NCBI GenBank assembly: GCA_023379825.1
Contig: JAMCPQ010000023.1
Coordinates: 16 to 64,015, forward strand
DNA from: Thermoplasmatota archaeon
Lineage (GTDB): Archaea > Thermoplasmatota > Thermoplasmata > Thermoplasmatales > Thermoplasmataceae
DNA length: 64,000 nt
Direction: 5' to 3'
Made by a program: the position numbers and the translations under genes. This document shows, one piece after another, positions 54,883 to 63,649 of this stretch. Positions within the stretch are counted from its first letter, which is position 1. Every line of letters begins with the position of its first letter. The notes beneath the pieces are model-generated. The model worked only from the letters and a program-made list of their open reading frames with translations, was not told where the DNA came from and ran no database searches.

Positions 54883-55947
54883 TCAGAGAACCCTGTCTTT
54901 CTTGCCCACGTATTCCGATGAAGGGCGGATCAGTTTGTTATCGCTCAGCTGCTCTTCATAGTGGGCCCACCACCCGAAGACCCTGGCAGCAGCAAATATT
55001 GCGGTGTACAGGTCCTGCGGTATTCCAAGCTGATCCATGAGGATGGCAGCATAGAAATCCAGGTTTGCAGGAAGGTGCTTTTTCTCCCATACCCTCGCCT
55101 CTATTGCCTCAGCTATCCTGAGCTCCTTCGAGTCCGGGTTCAGTTCCTTCATCAGCTGTTTGACAAGCTGTGCACGCGGGTCCTTCTGCTTATAAACCCT
55201 GTGCCCGAACCCCATTACCTTCTTTCCCGACTCAAGCTGGGAATCAACAAATTTCACAGCTTCCTCCTCATTCCTGAAGCTCTTGAAGAAATCCAGTATC
55301 TCAGCATTAGCTCCGCCATGGAGAGGACCCTTCAGGGTTCCCAGGGCGCTGGTGAATGCAGAAGCCGGATCAGTGAGAGTTGATGCAGCGACTCTTAGAA
55401 CAAATGTGGAAGCGTTGAACTCATGTTCCATGTAAAGGATCATCAGTTTTGAAAGGAATTCCGATTTTCTGGAATCTGAATTTCCTGTTATCATCTGGTA
55501 GAATCTTCCGCTGTAAGTTGGAGCATCTGAGTTTCCAACCTTTTTACCAGTGACGGAGGCATATGAATGGGCAATTATGCCGGGAACCTTGGAAATGATC
55601 TCAGGCAGCATATGGGATGCATCCGCAGTGCTGTATGGATAGAGAGATATCATTGATCTCAGATTCTTCATTATATCTCTCTCCTTTAGCAGATCAATAA
55701 CTTTGAGTACACGGGAATCTATCTCACCGTTCTTAACCAGCATTTCATTGAATTCCTTCAGCTGGTTTCTGTCAGGTAGATCACCATGTACTATGAGATA
55801 TGCAACTTCCTCGAATGTCTTTTTACTGACAAGATCAACTGTCTTGTAACCTCTGTAGACCAGATTCCCTTCAGCATCAGTTGTGCATATTGCAGTCTTG
55901 TCAACTATAACTCCTACCAGTCCCTTTGGAACACTTATCTCAGTCAT
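54883..55947 (-). CDS. prpC: 2-methylcitrate synthase / citrate synthase
   Basis: EHEFNAST, KGPLHGGAN, GFGHRVY, NLDFY; operon with prpB and prpD. Confidence 0.88.
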   Translation of the reverse strand: MTEISVPKGLVGVIVDKTAICTTDAEGNLVYRGYKTVDLVSKKTFEEVAYLIVHGDLPDRNQLKEFNEMLVKNGEIDSRVLKVIDLLKERDIMKNLRSMISLYPYSTADASHMLPEIISKVPGIIAHSYASVTGKKVGNSDAPTYSGRFYQMITGNSDSRKSEFLSKLMILYMEHEFNASTFVLRVAASTLTDPASAFTSALGTLKGPLHGGANAEILDFFKSFRNEEEAVKFVDSQLESGKKVMGFGHRVYKQKDPRAQLVKQLMKELNPDSKELRIAEAIEARVWEKKHLPANLDFYAAILMDQLGIPQDLYTAIFAAARVFGWWAHYEEQLSDNKLIRPSSEYVGKKDRVL

Positions 55948-56842
55948 TTTTTTCACCTTTCATGTTAAAGATATCTCTGTCGTCTTTCTCATATTCATCA
56001 TAGCCTATAACCTCATAAAACTGCTTTCTTGTCATGAGGTTTCCAATGAAGTTTCGCTGAGTGCCATCCTTCAGGAGGCTTTCATATGTTTCTTTAAGCG
56101 ATCTCAGGGCTACCCTGAATCCCGTCAGAGGGAATATCACTGCGCTGTAACCTGCAGCTTTCAGTTCCTTTGCTGAGAGAAGAGGGCTCTTTCCAAACTC
56201 AGTCATGTTTGCAAGGAGGGGAATCCTTACCTTCGATGAAAATTCCCGGAATTCTTCAACAGACTCCAGAGCTTCAGTGAAAATCATGTCGGCACCGCAC
56301 TTTGCGTAATATTTTGCCCTCTCAATTGCATCATCCAGGCCGTTCACCGATCTGGCGTCAGTCCTTGCAATTATCATGAAATCAGGATTGTGTCTTGACG
56401 ATATAGCCGTCATTATCTTCTTTCCCATTTCCTCTGTTTCTATGACCTTCTTTCCATTAAGGTGTCCGCACCTCTTGGGAAGTACCTGGTCTTCCAGATG
56501 AATGGCAGATGCACCTGCATCCTCCAGTACCCTGACGGTTCTCATCACGTTAATCGCTTCTCCGAAGCCGGTGTCGGCATCTACTATCAGGGGCAGTCTG
56601 GAAACTGAGGTTATTCTCCTGGTCTCATCGGCAACTTCAGTCAGTGTGGTTATGGAGAGATCCGGCAGGCCCATTGCTCCGGCAACACCGGAGCCTGAAA
56701 GATAAATGGCCCTGAATCCTGAATGCTGTGCAAGAAGCGCACTGATACCGTTGAAAACCCCTGCAGCTTCGACAAACCCTTCTGAAAGAATCTTCCTCAA
56801 TCCAGAAGGTCCTATATTGTGGTTATCCCTTAAAGTGGACAT
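55940..56842 (-). CDS. prpB: 2-methylisocitrate lyase
   Basis: DADTGFG, KRCGHL, ARTDA, ANMTEFG. Confidence 0.95.
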   Translation of the reverse strand: MSTLRDNHNIGPSGLRKILSEGFVEAAGVFNGISALLAQHSGFRAIYLSGSGVAGAMGLPDLSITTLTEVADETRRITSVSRLPLIVDADTGFGEAINVMRTVRVLEDAGASAIHLEDQVLPKRCGHLNGKKVIETEEMGKKIMTAISSRHNPDFMIIARTDARSVNGLDDAIERAKYYAKCGADMIFTEALESVEEFREFSSKVRIPLLANMTEFGKSPLLSAKELKAAGYSAVIFPLTGFRVALRSLKETYESLLKDGTQRNFIGNLMTRKQFYEVIGYDEYEKDDRDIFNMKGEKND

Positions 56843-58157
56843 CAGATATCACTTCCATTAGCTCCCTCACAGATACCTTCTCCAGTCTCCTTGCAACATT
56901 CATCAGGATCTTTGAATTGTCGTCCCCCATGACCTTTCTTCCCTTTTCCTGCAAATCATCCCATGTGTATGGCTTCCTGTGATGACCCTTGGGGACATCC
57001 ATTTCTCTTTCAAATTTGCCTGAGGAAGTCTCCACGACCATCTTCACAGGGAGGTATTCGGGATACATCTTGTTGAACCGCTCAGTCACAACGTATTTTG
57101 AATGGTCAATAACATTCAGTATTTTGCTGTCCTTCAGGAAATTCTCTTCATATGATCCAGGCCCCGGAGAACCATATACAAGAGAGTATGCCACTATATA
57201 CGGCATGCTGTGATCAGCTGTTTCCCTTGTTCTTGGCCTTAATTTTTCAGGGTCCTTAATTATTATGTCATTTGCAACCTTGAATGTTTCCACATTGACG
57301 GTCTTAATCTCCCCCTTTATCTCATCATGTATTGAAGTAGCAGCTTCTGCAGCACTCATTGCATGATATTCAACCGGGTAATTCTTGATCATGGTCCTGA
57401 GAACAGCATCCCTCTTTGGCCTGATGTTCATCGGGCCTGAGACCTGCCTGAAAAATCCCATCTCTCCAGAGAATTCCGGTGAAGGGCCCGTGAATCCTTC
57501 TGCAGCAAGCAAAGTGCCGAATACACTGTTCCTGCATGCGTTTGCGGTTGTTGCCCCCTTCCACATGCTCAGCTCCCCAGCTCTAGTCTGGCGCATACTT
57601 ATGTTGTTGTTCAGGGAGAGACTTATAGCATGCTCAAACCTTCTCTGATCCAGATCAAGCAGCATTGAAAGTCCAGCTGCAGATGAAATTGAGATATATG
57701 TGACATGATCCCATCCTCTGTCTCTTATTGAAGACTCGTCAGAGAGATTTGCGGCAACATCATATGCCATGTTGGCTGCTCTTATAAGATCGGAGCCATT
57801 CATATCAAGGCTGTAGGCAAGTGCAATAAGTGGAGGAATATTGTCAGATGGATGCATTGCCTCCTTTGACAGGTAGGTATCATTGTAGTCAAGATATCTT
57901 GTCATAGTTCCATTTATGAATGCTGCAGTATCAACCGGGGCCTCGTCTGTGCTGAAATATATCCTGCCATTCCTTTTTCCTCGAGATGGCAGCAGGACTG
58001 ACCTTGCTATGCGAACTGGCTCAGCTTTCATTGCTCCATAGGCAGTAATAATGGAATCAGCAATCCTCTTCTTCATCTCATCGGTGCTTTTTTCGCTAAC
58101 CCCATGCTCCCTGAGGTCTATCATATGATCATACATGGCTTCCAAAGACGGTTCCAT
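56823..58157 (-). CDS. prpD: 2-methylcitrate dehydratase (MmgE/PrpD)
   Basis: RYLDYND, HPSDN, GWDH, LSMWKG, ETADHS. Confidence 0.93.
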   Translation of the reverse strand: MEPSLEAMYDHMIDLREHGVSEKSTDEMKKRIADSIITAYGAMKAEPVRIARSVLLPSRGKRNGRIYFSTDEAPVDTAAFINGTMTRYLDYNDTYLSKEAMHPSDNIPPLIALAYSLDMNGSDLIRAANMAYDVAANLSDESSIRDRGWDHVTYISISSAAGLSMLLDLDQRRFEHAISLSLNNNISMRQTRAGELSMWKGATTANACRNSVFGTLLAAEGFTGPSPEFSGEMGFFRQVSGPMNIRPKRDAVLRTMIKNYPVEYHAMSAAEAATSIHDEIKGEIKTVNVETFKVANDIIIKDPEKLRPRTRETADHSMPYIVAYSLVYGSPGPGSYEENFLKDSKILNVIDHSKYVVTERFNKMYPEYLPVKMVVETSSGKFEREMDVPKGHHRKPYTWDDLQEKGRKVMGDDNSKILMNVARRLEKVSVRELMEVISDVHFKG

Positions 58158-58312
58158 GATTGTGGTATCACATCTGGATATATAATTCGAAACTCCCTGA
58201 AACAATATGTGTGACTTATTGACATACTGGAAAAAATGTACTAAAGATTCATTTTTTTCCTAAATCAGTCTTGAAGCCGATTTGAGATAGCGAAATTACC
58301 TGTTGAAATAGA

Positions 58313-58442
58313 AAAAATTTATATATAGTTTACACAATCAATGGGATACTCTACCACGATGTAACCCGGATATACACTATCAAAGGTGGTACACCGGTAA
58401 AACATTCTGGTGATGTTTGACGCTTTCACGAGAGGTGAATAA
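58313..58442 (+). promoter_or_regulatory. BRE/TATA box, imperfect direct repeats and ~90-nt leader of the actin gene
   Basis: AAAAA-TTTATATA; TACACAATCAATGG (58331) and TACACTATCAAAGG (58373); SD GAGGTGA at 58432. Confidence 0.55.
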
Positions 58443-59423
58443 TTGATAGTATTGGGAGTAGACTTGGGATATGGTGACACAAAAGTTGTTGGTCCTGATT
58501 CTGGAAGGGCTAAATTTCCATCCAGATGGGCAGCTACAGAGGCGAAGAACTGGGGAATAGGGGGATCTTCTACAATCCTCACTATAAATGACAGTGATCC
58601 GTTCTTCTTCGGTGATGATGCAACAGGAGCTGGGGTAAGGGAACCCCAGGGAGATGGAAGACTTTCGGACCCTGACTCCCTTCCGCTTCTGGCAGGTGCA
58701 TTGTGGATGAGCGGCGCCGGAAAGGATGGTAATAAGGCTGACATCGTCCTTGGCAGCGGAACTCCCCTGGGAACATTTGAACATGAACTGAACGCAGCAA
58801 AGGAATACCTTCAGGGCAAGGAATTCACAATCAAATCAGTGTCAGGTGAAACAAGGACTTTCAATATAACAAAACTGATCATGAGACCACAGGGAGTGGG
58901 GGCAGCCCTTTATCTTCTGGACAAGGGTATGCTCAAGGCACAGTACGGATATGGTGTGGTGGTCGATATTGGTTCAAGGACAACTGATGTCCTGACTGTA
59001 AACCTGAAGAACATGGAACCTGTGGTTGAAATGTCATTCAGTATTCAGGCAGGTGTCGGCGATCTTGTATCAGGAATCTCAAAGGCAATTGCCAAAGAGA
59101 CTGGCTTCATAGTGCCAAACGATGTTGCCAGAGAGGCAATAAGCCAGACTGTACTCTTCAAGCAGCGGGAAGTTGGTGGTCCCAAGGTTTCTGAACCAAT
59201 CATGGCGAACCTTGCCAACAGGATCCTTGACAAACTCAGGGAGAACCTAAGAGAGGAACTGGACAGAATAACCGCTCTGATACCAGTAGGTGGAGGGTCA
59301 TCCCTTATTGGTGACAGGCTTGAGAAACTTGCTCCAGGTGCTATGGTGAAGATTCCCCAGGAGGATATTCAGTTCGCCAATGCCCTTGGATACAAGGATG
59401 CCGCAGCCAGGTCATCAAACTGA
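58443..59423 (+). CDS. ParM/StbA-like actin-fold ATPase (Ta0583 family)
   Basis: GVDLGYGDTK, PQG, VDIGSRTTD, VGGG, FANALG; closely resembles T. acidophilum Ta0583 as I recall it. Confidence 0.95.
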   Translation: MIVLGVDLGYGDTKVVGPDSGRAKFPSRWAATEAKNWGIGGSSTILTINDSDPFFFGDDATGAGVREPQGDGRLSDPDSLPLLAGALWMSGAGKDGNKADIVLGSGTPLGTFEHELNAAKEYLQGKEFTIKSVSGETRTFNITKLIMRPQGVGAALYLLDKGMLKAQYGYGVVVDIGSRTTDVLTVNLKNMEPVVEMSFSIQAGVGDLVSGISKAIAKETGFIVPNDVAREAISQTVLFKQREVGGPKVSEPIMANLANRILDKLRENLREELDRITALIPVGGGSSLIGDRLEKLAPGAMVKIPQEDIQFANALGYKDAAARSSN

Positions 59424-59494
59424 CCCGGTTAGCATATATTTTTTTATATGTCTCCTGTATGCATTCTGGTCGCCAACGGTTAGGATGAACCAAA

Positions 59495-59884
59495 ATGCCC
59501 GAAGATGATATACCTGATGAGGATCAGGAAGACAGCGGCCAGGAGACCTACTCTCTTGAGCTTACAAAATCTGAATTTATAGCCATTAGCCTTTTGCAGA
59601 GAGAGGGTGAAACTCTGAAGGATACCATCATGCGTGTTATTCAGGAGAATATGGAATACGGGGCGATGAAGGATATTCTTCAGACCATTGACGGAAGAAT
59701 TTCAGACCTGTCCAAGAAATACAAACTTTCACAGTCTTCCATAATCAATTTCAAGTATGATGTTCAGGAAGGTCTCAGGATTCCAGAAGAATTGAGGTCA
59801 TCAGATGACAAGGCCAAAAAACCGGAAGCTCTCAAGCTCCAGTTGGAGAAGAAATGGGCGGAACTGGAAAAGGGCCGAAAATAA
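59495..59884 (+). CDS. Small putative ribbon-helix-helix + coiled-coil protein (ParR-like adaptor candidate)
   Basis: Strand TYSLEL, helix, GETLKDTIMRVI helix, heptad segment, C-terminal amphipathic helix. Confidence 0.6.
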   Translation: MPEDDIPDEDQEDSGQETYSLELTKSEFIAISLLQREGETLKDTIMRVIQENMEYGAMKDILQTIDGRISDLSKKYKLSQSSIINFKYDVQEGLRIPEELRSSDDKAKKPEALKLQLEKKWAELEKGRK

Positions 59885-60010
59885 GGGCACAGCCATTTCC
59901 ACAATAAATGGTTCCTGAAATTCTTGAAAAGATTATATATCCATGTGAAATGTCAGCAAACTGTTGTTTCAACTTGAAATAGCGGATATTTACAGGTGAG
60001 AAGTGAATTT

Positions 60011-60178
60011 ATGAGATACAAGGAAAACTGTTCATCATGTGGCGTAGGCCTCGTTGACCCGGGATATTCAATATTCGAATGCCCTCAGTGCGGTGAAGAG
60101 CTGATCGGCAGATGCAAGAACTGCAGGGAACATTCTACAAGATACACATGCAGCAAGTGCTCCTTTGTCGGGCCGTAA
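60011..60178 (+). CDS. Small zinc-ribbon protein (DUF1610/HVO_2753-like)
   Basis: CSSC, CPQCG, RCKNCR, CSKC..GP; conserved position before EF-1beta. Confidence 0.92.
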   Translation: MRYKENCSSCGVGLVDPGYSIFECPQCGEELIGRCKNCREHSTRYTCSKCSFVGP

Positions 60179-60188
60179 GGTGGTAATG

Positions 60189-60455
60189 ATGGGGGACGTT
60201 GCTGTTGTAATGCGTATACTTCCTGAGGACGCAGACAGGGATATTAACGCCATAATGGGTGCTGCAAAGGACAGACTGAAGGATAAGTGTACAATTAATA
60301 AGGTTGAAGTTCAGGAGGTAGCATTCGGCCTGAAGGCCGTCAGGCTTGAGATCATTATCCCGGATGAGGAGGGGAAAATTGACAGTGTAGAGGCAGTACT
60401 CAGCGGGATAGAAGGAGTAAGTCAGGTTGACACCGAGGACATGACTCTTGTTTAG
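60189..60455 (+). CDS. ef1b: Elongation factor 1-beta
   Basis: MGDVAV..RILP, EVAFGLKA, IEGVSQV. Confidence 0.95.
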   Translation: MGDVAVVMRILPEDADRDINAIMGAAKDRLKDKCTINKVEVQEVAFGLKAVRLEIIIPDEEGKIDSVEAVLSGIEGVSQVDTEDMTLV

Positions 60456-60457
60456 AC

Positions 60458-61552
60458 ATGCCCCCTCTCATTCATGATTTTCTGTTCTATTTTTTCATCC
60501 CGCTCAACATTCTTATTTTTGTGGGTCTTCTGTATATTTCTCTCGTCCGTGGCAGGAATGAAAGTTATGGATTGGACACAGAAACCCCTGCCCTTGTAAT
60601 TCTGCCATGCAGAGGCATAGATCATGGCATGGAGAGAAACATACGATCCCTGAAGGACCAGAAACATGGGAATTTCAGACTTCTAGCTGTTGTTGATTCT
60701 GATGATGATCCAGCTGTAAGGCTGCTAAATGAAGCAGGGATTGAACATATTAAATCAAAACCGGGAAACGGAAGTGGAAAGGTAAACGCAATTGTTTCGG
60801 CAATTGAGGAAGATAATGGTTCCCACAAGGTAACTGTGATTGTGGATTCTGATACAGTGGTGAGTGACCGATGGCTTTCCAGCCTCATTGCACCCCTGAA
60901 TGACAGGTCAGTAGGGATCTCAACAACCTTCCCATTTTTCGAGCCTGTGGGAGGGCTATGGTCAAAGGTAAAGATGGTCTGGGGCTATGTGGGGCTTGGA
61001 ATGATGCAGTCCAATCTCACAAGGTTCGGCTGGGGGGGTTCACTGGCATTCAGATCAGAGATGCTCACGGGGCAGGACCTGGATTTCTTCAGATCATATG
61101 TTTCGGATGACATAGCCATCACAAAAATATGCCATAAATATGGCATGAAAATTGCCTATGTTCCTGAAGCTGCCCCTTTTGTGCCTTCTCCCGACGGCTT
61201 CTCCACATTCATGGAATGGGCAAACAGGCAGACTGCCCTATCCATATATGCCACCAGAAAGGTTCTCAGCTATGGGCTCCTTTTTTATGGCGCAACATTA
61301 TTTGAATTTCTATCTTCAGTAGTACTGACAGTGATTTACTGGCCTTTCTATCCTGTTCTGATTCTATTTCTCCCCTCAGTGATTAATGCTGCCAGATCCT
61401 CATCCAGATCAGGAAAATACTGGAAAAGCGGCTTCCTGATACAGTTCATGATCCCATTTGTCTATTTCTACAACCTCATCAAGGGGGGAAGAATGAGGTC
61501 AATAGTATGGAGAGGGAGAGAATACAGACTTGACAGGACCGATGATCCATAG
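60458..61552 (+). CDS. Membrane-bound GT-A glycosyltransferase (GT2/GT21-like)
   Basis: N-terminal TM, PCRG, KV, VDSD, GGSLAF, SDD, C-terminal TMs, WRGR. Confidence 0.88.
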   Translation: MPPLIHDFLFYFFIPLNILIFVGLLYISLVRGRNESYGLDTETPALVILPCRGIDHGMERNIRSLKDQKHGNFRLLAVVDSDDDPAVRLLNEAGIEHIKSKPGNGSGKVNAIVSAIEEDNGSHKVTVIVDSDTVVSDRWLSSLIAPLNDRSVGISTTFPFFEPVGGLWSKVKMVWGYVGLGMMQSNLTRFGWGGSLAFRSEMLTGQDLDFFRSYVSDDIAITKICHKYGMKIAYVPEAAPFVPSPDGFSTFMEWANRQTALSIYATRKVLSYGLLFYGATLFEFLSSVVLTVIYWPFYPVLILFLPSVINAARSSSRSGKYWKSGFLIQFMIPFVYFYNLIKGGRMRSIVWRGREYRLDRTDDP

Positions 61553-61639
61553 GAAGTGCATTCTGAAGAGAATCCTAAACCAGAAATTGAGAGGAATTTT
61601 CACTATAATGATAAATACGGGGCTACCATTATAAAACAT

Positions 61640-62989
61640 ATGGAACGAGAAGGAAAACTCTTTGGGACAAACGGAATCAGGGGAACACCAAACAGAGACC
61701 TCACATCTGATTTTGCCCTTAATGTTGGCAGGGCCTGCGCAACAGTTTTTGGAACCAGGACCATAGCCATGGGAAGGGACACAAGAGACACAGGGGACAT
61801 GCTCTTTTCTGCTGTTATGTCCGGTGTCCTGTCCACAGGTGTCGACGTCATTGACCTGGGGATACTTCCAACACCTGCTGTCCAGTATTACTGCAAAGTT
61901 CATGGCCTGTATGGGATTGTGATAACCGCTTCCCACAATCCTCCTGAATTTAACGGTATAAAATGCATTGACAGGGATGGCACTGAGCTGCGGCAGGAAG
62001 ATGAAAGAAGGATTGAGGATGCAATACATGGAAAGAACTGGACACTGTGCCCATGGGACCGGGTGGGCCGAGTTTCAGTTGACACTAGAGGTGGTGACCT
62101 CTATATCAGCTCGGTGATCGCAAAGGTTGATGCATCCCGGATAAGATCCCGCAGATTCAGGGTTGCAGTGGATTGCGGAAACGGGGCGGCCTACCTCACC
62201 ACGCCGAAACTTCTGAGGGCTCTTGGATGCAGTGTTGTGGAGCTTAATTCATATCCAGACGGACAGTTCACATCAAGGCAGTCTGAACCGAAACCCGAGA
62301 ACCTTGCTGATCTTATTTCGGTGATGAAGTCCGGCAATTTCTCACTTGGCATCGCTCATGACGGGGACGCGGACAGGGCTGTCTTCATAGACGAGAATGG
62401 GAATTTCATTGACGGAGATCAGTCTCTGTCCCTGCTTATATCCAGTATTGCGGGAAAAGGTGATACTGTTGTGACTCCGGTGAGCAGCTCTGATAATCTT
62501 GAGCATATTGCCCAACAGAAAGGGTTCAATGTTGTCAGGACCAGAGTTGGGGCCCCCATTGTTTCACGCACAATTATAGAGAGAAAGGCTAAAATCGGCG
62601 GGGAGGAAAATGGTGGCGTGATCTATGGCGAGCACCAGTACTGCAGGGATGGAGCCATGACCGTTGCCCTCATGTTGAACCTTATTGCAGAGAGCGGAAA
62701 GAAAATTTCCGAGCTGGTATCATCACTTCCTGGCTTCAGGCTGTGCAGGACAACAATGAAGACAGAAGGCAGAGACCCTCAGAAAATTCTGCATGATTTG
62801 GAAAATAAGAAACTTTCAGATAATATTGACCACACAGACGGCCTTAAGATATACATGGACGGAGGATGGGCACTTGTAAGAGCATCAGGCACTGAACCCA
62901 TAATACGAATTTACGGGCATGGAAAGAGTATGGAAGAGGCGGAAAAGATCAACCGGAAGGTGACCGGAATAATCAGTTCTCTTCTCTAA
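61640..62989 (+). CDS. Phosphoglucosamine mutase / phosphomannomutase
   Basis: FGTNGIRG, TASHNP, DGDADR, GGEENGG, RASGTEP. Confidence 0.95.
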   Translation: MEREGKLFGTNGIRGTPNRDLTSDFALNVGRACATVFGTRTIAMGRDTRDTGDMLFSAVMSGVLSTGVDVIDLGILPTPAVQYYCKVHGLYGIVITASHNPPEFNGIKCIDRDGTELRQEDERRIEDAIHGKNWTLCPWDRVGRVSVDTRGGDLYISSVIAKVDASRIRSRRFRVAVDCGNGAAYLTTPKLLRALGCSVVELNSYPDGQFTSRQSEPKPENLADLISVMKSGNFSLGIAHDGDADRAVFIDENGNFIDGDQSLSLLISSIAGKGDTVVTPVSSSDNLEHIAQQKGFNVVRTRVGAPIVSRTIIERKAKIGGEENGGVIYGEHQYCRDGAMTVALMLNLIAESGKKISELVSSLPGFRLCRTTMKTEGRDPQKILHDLENKKLSDNIDHTDGLKIYMDGGWALVRASGTEPIIRIYGHGKSMEEAEKINRKVTGIISSLL

Positions 62990-63603
62990 TATGGGTGCTT
63001 CAGGGATGAATAACTGTCCCTGAACCTCAGTATGGCCGTGATATTCCCGGCTATGGCAAACCAGAGCAGCAAAATGGCCGTGGGGGTTATGTTGAATAGT
63101 AACATGTGAATGAAAAAAGGGGCCAGCAGCTGAATGAGGATGAATATCATCATGAATGCTAGCCGGTCTGCTCTTCCAAGTATTCCTGAGTAATTTCTCT
63201 TCAGGCCAAGTGCCTGGGATTGGGTACCCATGTATGAGGTCATCAATACTCCGATGAGAGCAAATATGCCAAGAAATCTTGAGCCTGGAACGCTGAAGAT
63301 GAAGCCGAGCATTATCAGGATGTCTGAATATCTGTCCAGAACATGATCAACAAGGTCTCCCAGGGGTGAGGACAGGTGCTTTGTCCTTGCCACCTTTCCG
63401 TCAACAGCGTCAAACAGTGCCGAAAGTACAAGGAAAATGAAGGCAGCGATCAGATAAACTCCCCCCATCCATATGGTCAGACCTGAAAGACCTGCCAGAA
63501 CAAGAGAAAGTAAGGAGATGGTATTGGGGTTCATGCCCATAAAGGGCCTGCTCAGGGATGAAATCAATCCGTCTGTTTTTCCTCTGAGGCTGTCCAGAAC
63601 CAT
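62986..63603 (-). CDS. CDP-alcohol phosphatidyltransferase (archaeal phospholipid head-group synthase)
   Basis: PN, DAVDGKVAR...GDLVDHVLDR. Confidence 0.93.
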   Translation of the reverse strand: MVLDSLRGKTDGLISSLSRPFMGMNPNTISLLSLVLAGLSGLTIWMGGVYLIAAFIFLVLSALFDAVDGKVARTKHLSSPLGDLVDHVLDRYSDILIMLGFIFSVPGSRFLGIFALIGVLMTSYMGTQSQALGLKRNYSGILGRADRLAFMMIFILIQLLAPFFIHMLLFNITPTAILLLWFAIAGNITAILRFRDSYSSLKHPY

Positions 63604-63649
63604 GACATTGGATCGTGATTGCCGATATAATATATATCGTGAGCAGGGG

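Noticed and set aside
58350-58442. Known riboswitch (e.g. fluoride) or box C/D K-loop in the actin leader
   Set aside because: Consensus nucleotides and a correctly placed CUGA box are absent
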